A DNA stretch of 63,494 nucleotides, counting the filler. It is 7 parts of 7 records of this genome, joined end to end, with 100 filler letters (N's around TTAATTAATTAA, not from the genome) between each part and the next. Parts side by side here need not be neighbours in the genome. Positions count along the whole stretch, not along the records: positions 1 to 13,376 come from DRR378314_1204; 6 more parts are not named here. One strand, given 5' to 3'. Within the stretch, counting starts at the first letter, position 1. Every line of letters begins with the position of its first letter. Under the pieces are notes generated by a model. The model worked only from the letters and a program-made list of their open reading frames with translations, did not search any database and had not been told where the DNA came from. Shown here piece by piece: positions 1 to 9,428 of the stretch. The position numbers were made by a program, and so were the translations under genes.

Positions 1-1
1 C

Positions 2-604
2 GGCCCCAACACCGGCGGCATGGGCGCCTATTCCCCGGCACCGGTGCTGAGTCCGGAGATCGAGGCGCGCGCGATGGAAGAGATCGTCAAGCCCACCATG
101 CGCGTGATGGCCGAACGCGGCATGCCCTATCAGGGCGTGCTCTACGCCGGTCTGATGATCAAGGACGGAGAGCCGCGTCTGGTGGAATACAACGTCCGCT
201 TTGGCGACCCGGAATGCCAGGTGCTGATGATGCGGCTGGGCGCGCAGGCGCTGGACCTGATGCAGGCCGCCGCCGAGGGCCGCCTGTCGGACGCCCGGGT
301 GAACTGGGCCGAGGATCATGCGATCACTGTGGTAATGGCCGCCGAGGGATACCCCGGCGCCTATCAGAAAGGCTCTGACATCAAGGGGTTGAAGGCGCTG
401 CCCGAGGACAGCATGAACATGGTCTTTCACGCCGGCACCAAGGCAGACGGCGACCGGATCCTGGCCAATGGCGGTCGGGTGCTGAACGTGACCGCGCGCG
501 GTGACAGCCTGGAGGACGCCCGCGATCGTGCCTATGCGATGGTGGATCAGATCGACTGGCCCGAAGGCTTTGTGCGCCGCGACATCGGCTGGCGCGCCTT
601 GTAA
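2..604 (+). CDS. purD: Phosphoribosylamine--glycine ligase, C-terminal part (5' truncated)
   Basis: GPNTGGMGAYSP, EYNVRFGDPECQ, FHAGT, NGGRVL and RRDIG motifs; frame is open from the window edge. Confidence 0.97.
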   Translation, partial: GPNTGGMGAYSPAPVLSPEIEARAMEEIVKPTMRVMAERGMPYQGVLYAGLMIKDGEPRLVEYNVRFGDPECQVLMMRLGAQALDLMQAAAEGRLSDARVNWAEDHAITVVMAAEGYPGAYQKGSDIKGLKALPEDSMNMVFHAGTKADGDRILANGGRVLNVTARGDSLEDARDRAYAMVDQIDWPEGFVRRDIGWRAL

Positions 605-1068
605 TGCCCGCGCCGGTTCAGCTTTCCTCTGACAGCCCCGCGCTGATCGAGGTTCTGGACCTGATCCGGCGCAGCTTTGCCGATATGGACGGGCGGATCG
701 ATCCGCCCTCCTCCATGCATCATCTCACCGTTGCGGATCTCGCGGCGCAGGCCGAGGCGGGCGAGATCTGGGTCATCGGCGCTCCGGTGGTGGCCTGCGT
801 GCTGCTGACGCCGCGTCGGGATGCGCTCTACCTCGGCAAGCTGGCGGTTGCGGCCAACCTGCGCGGCACCGGTCTGGCGCGGCAGCTGGTGGATCTGGCC
901 GTGGGTCGGGCCCGTGTCCATGGGCTTGCGGCGCTGGAACTGCAGACCCGGGTCGAGCTGGTGGAAAACCACGCCACCTTTGCGCGTCTGGGGTTTGTGC
1001 AGACCGCCACCAGCGCACATCCGGGCTATGCGCGGCCGACCTCTCTCACCCTGCGCCGCCCGCTCTGA
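604..1068 (+). CDS. GNAT-family N-acetyltransferase
   Basis: LAVAANLRGTGLARQL acetyl-CoA motif A and 'N...F..LGF' motif B; start overlaps the purD stop (TAATG). Confidence 0.85.
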   Translation: MPAPVQLSSDSPALIEVLDLIRRSFADMDGRIDPPSSMHHLTVADLAAQAEAGEIWVIGAPVVACVLLTPRRDALYLGKLAVAANLRGTGLARQLVDLAVGRARVHGLAALELQTRVELVENHATFARLGFVQTATSAHPGYARPTSLTLRRPL

Positions 1069-1169
1069 TCTGGGTAACGGTCGCAGCACGGCCCTGATCC
1101 GGCGCGTGGCGGCAGGATCGCACACGCGGGATTTGCTCTTGAGGGCGCAACCGCAATGGAGTGCTCCCG

Positions 1170-2054
1170 ATGATCGTCCGTCACAAACCCGGTTTCCTGG
1201 AACTGCTGATCGCCACCCATGGCTCCGTGCTGCCGAGGATCCTGCCGCGCATCGCGGCGCTGACGGCCTTGGCCGCGCTGCTGGTCTGGGTCGACGCGAG
1301 CCTGCTGGCCCTGCCCCACACCAATGCGGCGCCCTTTGCGGTCTTTGGCGTGGCACTGTCGCTGTTCCTCGGCTTTCGCAACAATGCCGCCTATGACCGC
1401 TGGTGGGAGGGCCGCCGGCTCTGGGGGCAGCTGGTCGCCGACATGCGCGCACTGGGCCGCGAGGTGGTGATGTTCCAGCCCGAGGGTCATCAGCGCCGCC
1501 CCCTGCGGCTGGCGCTGGCCTTCATCCACCTGCATCGCGCCAACCTTCGCCGGCTCAGCCATTATGACGACGGGCACAAATGGCTGGAGGAGGGCGAGAA
1601 CCTGCGGGAGGTGCCGCATCCGCCCTGCGCCGCGCTCGACCTGATGGCGCGGGACGTGGCGCATCACGCACCGGACGGGTTTGCCAAGAAGGCGCTGAGC
1701 GAGCGTATCGGCTCCATCGCGCTGGCGCAGGCGGGCTGCGAGCGTATCGCGGCGACACCGCTGCCGTTTGTCTACACGCTGCTGGTGTTCCGCACGACCT
1801 ACCTCTATTGCCTGCTGTTCCCCTTTGCCCTGCTGGAGGGCGCGGGCTGGATGACGCCACTGTTCGTGGCCATCATCGCCTATGTCTTCTTCGGCCTGGC
1901 CGAGGTGACCGAGGAGCTGTCCAACCCCTTTGGCGAGACCGTGAACGGCCTGCCGCTGGATGCCATGTGCCGCACCATCGAGATCTCTCTGCTGTCGCAG
2001 CTGGGCGAGGAGGCTCCGGCGCCGCTGAAACCGGTCGGCTACTACCTGAGCTAG
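1170..2054 (+). CDS. Bestrophin-family (YneE-like) anion channel
   Basis: FLGFRNNAAYDRWWEGRRLWGQL, ERIAATPLPF and ELSNPFG signature motifs. Confidence 0.92.
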   Translation: MIVRHKPGFLELLIATHGSVLPRILPRIAALTALAALLVWVDASLLALPHTNAAPFAVFGVALSLFLGFRNNAAYDRWWEGRRLWGQLVADMRALGREVVMFQPEGHQRRPLRLALAFIHLHRANLRRLSHYDDGHKWLEEGENLREVPHPPCAALDLMARDVAHHAPDGFAKKALSERIGSIALAQAGCERIAATPLPFVYTLLVFRTTYLYCLLFPFALLEGAGWMTPLFVAIIAYVFFGLAEVTEELSNPFGETVNGLPLDAMCRTIEISLLSQLGEEAPAPLKPVGYYLS

Positions 2055-2871
2055 GGCAGCTGGCAGTCCAGCACGGGACCAAGCCGGGTCTGCATGTCAA
2101 ACGGGCCAAGATCGCGGCGGCTGATGCTGCCGTCCGGGTCGAGGCGTGAGACGATGATGCGGGACCAATCGGCATCGACAGTCACGATCTCCGGCCCCTG
2201 TCCGCAGTCTCGCTGGCCGGAAGTGATGACATCCTCACCGATCAGATGGTTCGTCAGGCCGGGCGCGGCGGCGACGCCCACCAGCTTGCCATAGTGAAAC
2301 CGCCAGATGCGCAGGGTCTTGGTCAGATGGGGCCGGTCGATATAGGCCACCTCGATATGGCCGTCGCCATCCAGATCCGCAGCGCCGACAGGCGCCAGCC
2401 AGCGGTTTGTCTGGCCGATATGGGGCGTGGCGGCGATCTTGTCGCCCGTGCTGTTGTAGACCGCCAACTGGGCGCCCCGCGCCACATCCGTCTCGACCAC
2501 CACAACCTCGGGCATCCCGTCGCCGGTGATATCCCAGAGGCGCGGCGCAAGATCCTCAAAGACATGATCCAGCGGCAGATCGACCTCAAAGACATCTCGC
2601 CGAACGCCTGCCGCGGATTGCTCAGCGGTGCCGCCCTCATCCTGTTGCACATGAATGCGCAGCTGACCGTATTCGACGTCATCCCCCAGAACCGCATGGC
2701 CATAGCGGGTCGTGGGCGCATCAAAGTCTGCGCCCGTGACCTGCCAGGATTCTTGCGCGTTCAGCGCGCTCGCCACCCCCACCAGCGACAGGCACAGCAG
2801 CTGCGCTGCGCGGCGGATGACCGGGGGCCTGGTGCGTGTCAGAAGACGCCGCGCCCGGCCCGCCGACCGCA

Positions 2872-2872
<1 letters not shown>
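2051..2872 (-). CDS. Secreted FG-GAP/VCBS-repeat protein
   Basis: Signal-peptide-like N-terminus; DITGDGMPE and DLDGDGHIE Ca-binding-type repeats; start coupled to the ferredoxin stop. Confidence 0.8.
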
Positions 2873-3264
<392 letters not shown>

Positions 3265-3598
3265 TTACGTCATCCCCGGTGTCGCGTGTCATTTCACGCT
3301 ACATTTTCCATGTTTGTTCTCACCCCGCCACGCGCGCGCCCCGGCCGACAGCCCTGCGCGCCGATGACGCGCCATCAGATGCAGCCGCGTCAGACGCCCG
3401 CAACCGACCCTCGCGTCCTACCGCCTGAAACCCTCACCGCATACGGTGCCAGCAAAAGGCAGGATCTTCTGTCGGCAAAACAGGACCGTAGCACGAATGC
3501 GGGCTTTGCGCGCGCTTCGGATTTAAGATAGCATCCGCCATAATCGGGTCACTACAGGATCCCGAAGCCCGCTTTACCCGAGGACCCTGTCAGAGCCT

Positions 3599-4234
3599 AT
3601 GACCGCCCCGCTGCCTCCGCGTTCCGGCCTCGCTTTTCTGCGACACGATGTCCTGAACCTGTTCCTCATGCGACAGCTGCATGTGCGCGCATCTGTCCCG
3701 GACGGGGTTGTGGTGCCCAGATCTGCGTCCTCACGGCTTCGGCTGGCCGCGTTGATGACGGTCAATCTCACCCTCCTGAGCGGCTGTCTGGCCCCGCCCC
3801 CCTTTGAAGGTGTCGGCCGTCCAGCTCCGCCGGGCGCTTTGCCCGGAACCTGCTGGGATACGCTGATTGAGCCTGCACGGGTGGAGACCATAACCGAGCA
3901 GGTCATGGTCTCGCCGCCGGAAACAGCCGCCGACGGTTCTGTGACAAAACCTGCGGTCTTTGCCACTGAAACCCGGCAGGAGATCACCCGCCCGCGCAAG
4001 GAAACCTATTTTCAGACCCCTTGCCCCGACGCCATGACCCGCGAATATGTCTCCTCGCTGCAACGTGCGCTGGCGGCCCGTGACCTCTATCAAGGCGAGA
4101 TCACCGGGACCCTGAACGCCGAGACCCGCGCCGCCATCCGCAGCTATCAAAAAGACATCGGCATCGACAGCGCCAGCCTGTCATTGCGCGGCGCACGCAG
4201 CCTGGGGCTCAGTGCCGTGGTGGTGGACCGCTGA
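3599..4234 (+). CDS. Putative lipoprotein with C-terminal peptidoglycan-binding domain (true start probably downstream)
   Basis: LLSGC lipobox-like motif; LQRAL..RDLYQGEITG..T..AI..YQ PG_binding_1 pattern. Confidence 0.75.
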   Translation: MTAPLPPRSGLAFLRHDVLNLFLMRQLHVRASVPDGVVVPRSASSRLRLAALMTVNLTLLSGCLAPPPFEGVGRPAPPGALPGTCWDTLIEPARVETITEQVMVSPPETAADGSVTKPAVFATETRQEITRPRKETYFQTPCPDAMTREYVSSLQRALAARDLYQGEITGTLNAETRAAIRSYQKDIGIDSASLSLRGARSLGLSAVVVDR

Positions 4235-4361
4235 GCCGCGATTTGCTGCACAATGGCACCGCAAACATTCCAGTCTTGATGCCTGAGCTTGCGCGACGCC
4301 GCCTTGCCGCCTAAAAGCCGAACATCGCCCCGATATCGTTCGCCCTTGCCGGAGATCTCCT

Positions 4362-5030
4362 ATGCCCGTCGCCCCGCTTCCTGCCTCCAGCTTCCTGTTC
4401 GGAGCCTCGGAGCGCCTCAGGGCGATGCTCGACAGTCAGGCCACGGATGTGCATCTGGCCACCGGGGATGTGTTGTTCGAACGGGGCGACGAAGGCGATG
4501 CGCTCTATGCGATCATCTCCGGTGCGCTGGAAATCTCGACGCTTTCGGCAGCGGGGCGGAAGCTGTCACTCGACATGATGCGCCCCGGTGCAATTCTTGG
4601 CGAAATCGCCATGTTCGACCCCGGAGAGCGCACCGCCACCGCCACCGCTGCGGAGCCAAGCCACCTGCGCCGTCTGCGTCATCGCGATGTGCTGGGACAG
4701 CTGACCAGGCACCCGGAATTGGCCGGCGATATGCTGAAGCTTGCCGGACAGCGCATGCGCTGGATGAACACCCAGCTGAACGAACAGGTGTTCCTGCCGA
4801 TGCCGGTGCGGCTGGCGCGCAAGCTGCTGTATCTCACGCCGGCGGATGGCAACGGCCATCTCAGCCTGTCGCAATCCGAACTCGCGGAATTTGTCGGCGC
4901 AACCCGTGAAGCGGTCTCCAAGACGCTGTCCAACTGGCGCAAGGCCGGGCTGATCGAGATCAGCCGCGGCGGGCTGCAGCTGAAGGATCGCGGCGGGCTG
5001 GCGGTTCTGGCCGATCCCGAGGGCATCTGA
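4362..5030 (+). CDS. Crp/Fnr-family transcriptional regulator, cNMP-binding CRP type
   Basis: GEIAMF..ERTATA phosphate-binding cassette; HTH LSQSELAEFVGATREAVSK with CRP-like R-E..(K) recognition helix; no FNR cysteines. Confidence 0.93.
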   Translation: MPVAPLPASSFLFGASERLRAMLDSQATDVHLATGDVLFERGDEGDALYAIISGALEISTLSAAGRKLSLDMMRPGAILGEIAMFDPGERTATATAAEPSHLRRLRHRDVLGQLTRHPELAGDMLKLAGQRMRWMNTQLNEQVFLPMPVRLARKLLYLTPADGNGHLSLSQSELAEFVGATREAVSKTLSNWRKAGLIEISRGGLQLKDRGGLAVLADPEGI

Positions 5031-5111
5031 GATGCACGGGCATCAGGGCTGAGATCTTATCCACAGAAAACAACGCATTTTGCGGCCAAGAAGACAAAAA
5101 CCGTCTGCCAA

Positions 5112-5127
5112 TGTGACCTGTTTCACA
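5112..5127. promoter_or_regulatory. Perfect CRP-type binding site TGTGA-cctgtt-TCACA
   Basis: Exact match to TGTGA-N6-TCACA, about 80 bp after the Crp-family gene; centre at 5119.5 equals -41.5 for a start at 5161. Confidence 0.75.
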
Positions 5128-5160
5128 GTCGGCACCTCACGCCCCTGTCATAGAGGTTTC

Positions 5161-5240
5161 AAGGCGGTCATTCTCCTATCCATCCCAATGATCGCCCGTC
5201 CCATCGTGAGCCATGTGTCCGCCCGACACATGGCTCTTTT
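5161..5240 (+). ncRNA. Candidate ~80-nt trans-acting sRNA with anti-Shine-Dalgarno loop
   Basis: 10-bp stem GGCGGTCATT/AATGATCGCC (5163-5196) with loop CTCCTATCCATCCC, then an intrinsic terminator; upstream CRP box; loop is complementary to the hflK RBS. Confidence 0.7.
5208..5240 (+). terminator. Rho-independent terminator
   Basis: 12-bp perfect stem GAGCCATGTGTC-cgccc-GACACATGGCTC followed by TTTT. Confidence 0.85.
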
Positions 5241-5295
5241 GGTTTTGTGGCGCCCCCCCCATCACTGCAGCGGGTATACCGGTGATCCGATACGC

Positions 5296-5323
5296 AAAAC
5301 GGCCGGCCCGATTGGGCCGACCG
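5296..5323 (-). terminator. Rho-independent terminator of degP
   Basis: Minus strand CGGTCGGCCC-aatc-GGGCCGGCCG-TTTT, about 40 nt after the degP stop. Confidence 0.75.
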
Positions 5324-5365
5324 CTATGTGGTTTCCTGCGTGCCCCATGAATGGGGCAGGCCTTG

Positions 5366-6874
5366 TTACTCGTCCAGGTTCAGCGCGACAAACCGCGGTT
5401 CGCCACCACGACGCACCATCAGGAAGATCGACTTGCGCCCAGCCTCCTCGGCAGCCTCGATCTGTGCTTCGAGATCAGTGATGGAGTTGAGCTTATTCTG
5501 CCCTGCCTCGGTGATCACATCACCGGCGCGCAGACCTTTTTCCCATGCGCCCGAGGTTTCATCCACCGACAGGATCACCAGACCGGTCGTCCCCGCATCG
5601 AGGCTCAGGTCTTCACGCATATCATCGCGCACAACGCCGACGGTCAGACCAAGCAGTTCTTTTTCGCCCTCATCCGGCACCGCGCCTTCGCCGGAACCGG
5701 AGCCCGCGTTGTTATTCACCGCGTCCTCCCGGCGGCCCAGCGTGACGCGCAGGGTCTCGGTCTTGCCATCGCGGAACACCACGACACGCACGGTCTTACC
5801 GACCTCGGTGTCGCCGACGCGGCGCACCAGATCGCGAGTGTCCTTGACCTCGAAACCGTCAAAGCTGGTGATCACGTCACGCGCCAGCAGACCAGCCTCC
5901 CTGGCGGGGCCTTCGGGCACATCTGTGATCAGCACACCTTCGTCGTTCTTCAGACCAATTGCCTCGGCCAGATCATCGGTCACATCCTGAATGCGCACAC
6001 CAAGCCAGCCGCGACGGGTCTCGCCAAACTCCTTCAACTGGCTGACCACCTTTGTCACCACATTGGAGGCCATGGAAAAGCCGATGCCGATGGAGCCACC
6101 ATTGGGCGACAGGATGGCGGTGTTCACGCCGACCACTTCGCCGTCCATGTTGAACAGCGGACCGCCCGAGTTGCCACGGTTGATGGCCGCGTCGGTCTGG
6201 ATGTAGTCGTCATAGGATCCCGACAGCGCCCGGTTGCGGGCAGACACGATCCCGGCAGACAGGGAGAACCCCTGCCCAAGCGGATTGCCCATGGCGACAA
6301 CCCAGTCGCCAACGCGGGCGACATCGCTGTCCCCGAACTTGACGAATTTCAGCGGCATTGGAGCGTCCACTTTCAACAGCGCAATATCGGTGTTGGGATC
6401 GGTGCCAACAACGGTTGCGGGCAGAAAATCGGCAGGCTGGCCATCACCGGGAAAGAACTCGATCTCGATCTCATCAGCGCCATCAATCACGTGGTTGTTG
6501 GTGACGATATAGCCGTCCTCGGAAATCACGAAACCCGATCCCAGCGCCGAAGAACGACGCGGGCGGTTGCCACCGCCATTGCGATCCTGGAACTCGCGGA
6601 AGAAGTCCTCGAAAGGGGAGCCTTCGGGCACGATGCCCTGGGGACCGGTCCGCCCTTCGACCACGGTCGATGTGGTGATATTCACCACGGCGGGGCTGAC
6701 CTTTTCGGCCAGCGGCGCGAGGCTTTCGGGCCGTGCCGCTGCCGACAATGTCTGCAGGACCAGCATTGCGGTCCCGAGGACCGCGATCCAGAACAGACGC
6801 CAACCGGTCTGCGTGCGCGGGAGGGCACGGTCCTGGCTCAGTGTCTTGGTACTTGTGATGGGATGCACGGACAT
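5366..6874 (-). CDS. degP: DegP/DegQ (HtrA/Do) periplasmic serine protease with two PDZ domains
   Basis: TNNHV, DIALL and GNSGGPL catalytic-triad motifs; two PDZ-like C-terminal domains; AGGAG SD. Confidence 0.95.
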   Translation of the reverse strand: MSVHPITSTKTLSQDRALPRTQTGWRLFWIAVLGTAMLVLQTLSAAARPESLAPLAEKVSPAVVNITTSTVVEGRTGPQGIVPEGSPFEDFFREFQDRNGGGNRPRRSSALGSGFVISEDGYIVTNNHVIDGADEIEIEFFPGDGQPADFLPATVVGTDPNTDIALLKVDAPMPLKFVKFGDSDVARVGDWVVAMGNPLGQGFSLSAGIVSARNRALSGSYDDYIQTDAAINRGNSGGPLFNMDGEVVGVNTAILSPNGGSIGIGFSMASNVVTKVVSQLKEFGETRRGWLGVRIQDVTDDLAEAIGLKNDEGVLITDVPEGPAREAGLLARDVITSFDGFEVKDTRDLVRRVGDTEVGKTVRVVVFRDGKTETLRVTLGRREDAVNNNAGSGSGEGAVPDEGEKELLGLTVGVVRDDMREDLSLDAGTTGLVILSVDETSGAWEKGLRAGDVITEAGQNKLNSITDLEAQIEAAEEAGRKSIFLMVRRGGEPRFVALNLDE

Positions 6875-7001
6875 ACTCCTTGAATTGGCCTGTCAACTCT
6901 GTCTTCGCCCGCCCCTGCGGACAAGGGGAAAGGGCGCCACCCTGCCTCAGGCACTTGTAGCGCGCCGACGCTCGGGTCGACACACGCCGGGGTGAATTCT
7001 C

Positions 7002-7036
7002 TGGCTACAATGTAGCCACTCCGCGAGAGGTCGCAA
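7002..7036 (-). promoter_or_regulatory. Possible RpoH-type promoter (TTG-N18-CTACAT) of degP overlapped by a 17-bp palindrome
   Basis: Minus strand TTG-cgacctctcgcggagtgg-CTACAT; palindrome TGGCTACA-A-TGTAGCCA at 7002-7018. Confidence 0.4.
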
Positions 7037-7175
7037 TGGGGGTTGGGTTCATCTCAATTCGACGTGAAGGCTGGTGAAGGTTCCGCGACGGCGTCGCGGC
7101 GGCAACAGGCGGATCTTCGCCCAATGATGGCTGCCATATCGGGACATCCGCCCTGTCAGCCGCTGTCACGCATCA

Positions 7176-7213
7176 AAGCGGCCTGTCGAAGCGGCCTGTC
7201 GAAGCCACCTGTG
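7176..7213. repeat. Short tandem repeat, 13-nt unit AAGCGGCCTGTCG, about 3 copies
   Basis: aagcggcctgtcg aagcggcctgtcg aagccacctgtg read directly. Confidence 0.7.
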
Positions 7214-7242
7214 AAAAAGGCCACTCCGAAGAGCGGCCTTTT
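7214..7242 (-). terminator. Rho-independent terminator of hflKC (possibly bidirectional)
   Basis: Minus strand AAAAGGCCGCTC-TTCG-GAGTGGCCTTTTT with a UUCG tetraloop. Confidence 0.85.
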
Positions 7243-7270
7243 CCTGTTTCTCATGCTTGCGTAGATGCGA

Positions 7271-8158
7271 TCACTCGCGCGCCGCGCCAGCGGTCCCTTG
7301 CGAGGACTTCAGGTAGTTGAAGAACTCGCTGTCGGGAGACAGCACCAACGAGGAGTTGCCCGCCTGCAGCGACCGCGAATAGGCGGTCAGGCTGCGGTAG
7401 AATTCAAAGAACTCCGGATCCGCGCCATAGGCTTCGGCAAAGATGCTGTTCCGTTGTGCATCAGCCTCACCACGAATGACTTCCGCCTCGCGCTCGGCTT
7501 CGGAGACAAGCTCGACCTCGGTCCGGTCGGCCTGGGCACGCACACGCTGTGCGGCCTCTTCACCACGGGCGATCTCGTCGGCGGCTTCGCGTTCACGCTC
7601 AGCGCGCATCCGGGCAAAGGTCGCCTCGAGGTTGGCTTGCGGCAGGTCGGTGCGCTTCAGACGCACGTCGATCACCTCGAGCCCGAGACCTTCGGCCTGT
7701 GCAATGGCACCGTTACGGATGCGCAGCATCAGCGCCGCACGATCCGACGACAGGATGTCGTTGGAGCTGACGGTACCCAGAACTTCACGGGTCTGGTCGC
7801 GCATGATGTTGTCGAGACGGCTTTCGGCAGCGCCGATATTGCCGACACCCACCGCTTCGCGGAAACGACGCACATCGGTGATGCGATAGCGCGCGAAGGC
7901 GTCGACCACCAGGCGGCGGTCGTCCAGAGGTGTGACCTCAAGCGGGCCGACTTCGAGGCTGAGAATACGGTCGTCGTACTTCACCACCTCATCAACGAAG
8001 GGCATCTTGAGGGCGAGGCCCGGGGCCTCCTGCACGTTCACGACCCGGCCAAAGCGCATCACCAGCGCCTTTTCCCGTTCGTCCACGATGAAGACCGCCG
8101 ACAGGCCTGCAAAGACCAGAGCGGCAAGAACAACCAAAGAAATGACAGAGCGGTTCAT
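7271..8158 (-). CDS. hflC: FtsH protease modulator HflC
   Basis: N-terminal TM and SPFH domain; RMRAERER...A.G.E.A and FFEFYRSL motifs; coupled to hflK. Confidence 0.96.
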   Translation of the reverse strand: MNRSVISLVVLAALVFAGLSAVFIVDEREKALVMRFGRVVNVQEAPGLALKMPFVDEVVKYDDRILSLEVGPLEVTPLDDRRLVVDAFARYRITDVRRFREAVGVGNIGAAESRLDNIMRDQTREVLGTVSSNDILSSDRAALMLRIRNGAIAQAEGLGLEVIDVRLKRTDLPQANLEATFARMRAEREREAADEIARGEEAAQRVRAQADRTEVELVSEAEREAEVIRGEADAQRNSIFAEAYGADPEFFEFYRSLTAYSRSLQAGNSSLVLSPDSEFFNYLKSSQGTAGAARE

Positions 8159-9321
8159 CAGTTGTCTCCTCCCGATCGACGGATTTCATTCAGCGGCAGA
8201 TACGGAACGATCCCCTGTCCGCCAGCGCCACTGGTGGTTTCGTCGAGGATGATCTTGTCGACGCGGCTGAACACATCTTCCATCGTTTCCAGATAGAGAC
8301 GCTTGCGGGTCACCTCGGGGGCCTTCTCGTATTCCGCCAGAACGGCGGAGAAGCGCGACGCCTCACCCTGGGCTTCGTTCACCACCTGCGCGCGGTAGGC
8401 CTCGGCCTCCTCGAGCGTCTGGGCGGATTGACCACGGGCCGATGCCAGCTTGCGGTTGGCGTAGGCATCCGCTTGCTTTTCAAGCCGGTCACGTTCCTGA
8501 CCAGCGGATTGCACCTCGCGGAAGGCGTCCTTGACCGGCTCCGGCGGATCGGCGCCGTCAAAGTTGACCCGGACGATGTTGACGCCGGAATCATAGCTGT
8601 CCAGCGTGAACTGGATCAGCTCTTCAAGGCGCTGAGAGATCAAACCCCGGTCGCGGTTGAGGATCGGTGCCAGCTGCGACTGCGCGATAATCTCGCGCAT
8701 GGCGGATTCAGACACCGCCTGAATGGTCGCTTTGGGGTCGCGCAGGTTGAAGAGATACTGATCCGGCGCGGAGATGTTCCAGACCACCTGGAAATCCACG
8801 TCGATGATGTTCTCATCTCCCGTCAGCATCAGACCAGCGTCGGAGCCACGGGCGCCCGCGCCGATGCTTTCGGTCTGCTCAACGCTGACCGGAACCACCT
8901 CATAGGTGACAAGCGGCCACGGAGCGAAGTTCAGGCCGGGTTCGCCAACGCTGGAGAATTCGCCCAAGAACAGCTCCACGGACTTCTCTTCCGTTTTCAC
9001 GGTATAGAAGCTGCCGTAAACCCAGAGGCCCGCCGCCACCAAGGCCGCCAGTGCGACGCCACCTTTGGAAAAGAGCGGGCTGCCACCGCCAGAGCCGCCA
9101 CCTTGCGGGCCCTTGCCGTTGCCACCGCCGCCACGACCGCCCATGAGGACGCGCAGCTGCTCCTGCCCTTTCTTCACCAGCTCGTCGATCTCGGGGATCT
9201 GGTTGTCTTCCGGACGGCGGCCACCGCCACCGCTACCGTCACCACCACCATTATTGCCCCGGTTGCCTCCGCCGCCGGAGGAACCGCCGCCCCCCCAGGG
9301 GCCACCACTGTTCCCAGCCAT
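8158..9321 (-). CDS. hflK: FtsH protease modulator HflK
   Basis: Gly-rich GGPWGG N-terminus, TM, MLTGDENIIDV and APEVTRKRLYLETM; start MAGNSGG follows AGGAG. Confidence 0.96.
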   Translation of the reverse strand: MAGNSGGPWGGGGSSGGGGNRGNNGGGDGSGGGGRRPEDNQIPEIDELVKKGQEQLRVLMGGRGGGGNGKGPQGGGSGGGSPLFSKGGVALAALVAAGLWVYGSFYTVKTEEKSVELFLGEFSSVGEPGLNFAPWPLVTYEVVPVSVEQTESIGAGARGSDAGLMLTGDENIIDVDFQVVWNISAPDQYLFNLRDPKATIQAVSESAMREIIAQSQLAPILNRDRGLISQRLEELIQFTLDSYDSGVNIVRVNFDGADPPEPVKDAFREVQSAGQERDRLEKQADAYANRKLASARGQSAQTLEEAEAYRAQVVNEAQGEASRFSAVLAEYEKAPEVTRKRLYLETMEDVFSRVDKIILDETTSGAGGQGIVPYLPLNEIRRSGGDN

Positions 9322-9370
9322 GTGTCTCCTATCCATCTCTCCCCGCCGTATCAGCGGATATTGCCCTCTA

Positions 9371-9398
9371 ACCTGTGGTCACCGCGCCGATATTCAAG
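9371..9398 (-). promoter_or_regulatory. Possible sigma32/RpoH promoter upstream of hflK
   Basis: Minus strand CTTGAA-N14-CCACAGGT; the -35 fits well and the -10 is degenerate. Confidence 0.35.
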
Positions 9399-9428
9399 GC
9401 GGAGCAGCTCCCAAAGTGACCGAACGCG

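Noticed and set aside
4276-4289. FNR box upstream of the Crp/Fnr gene
   Set aside because: Only the TTGAT half-site is present, with no ATCAA
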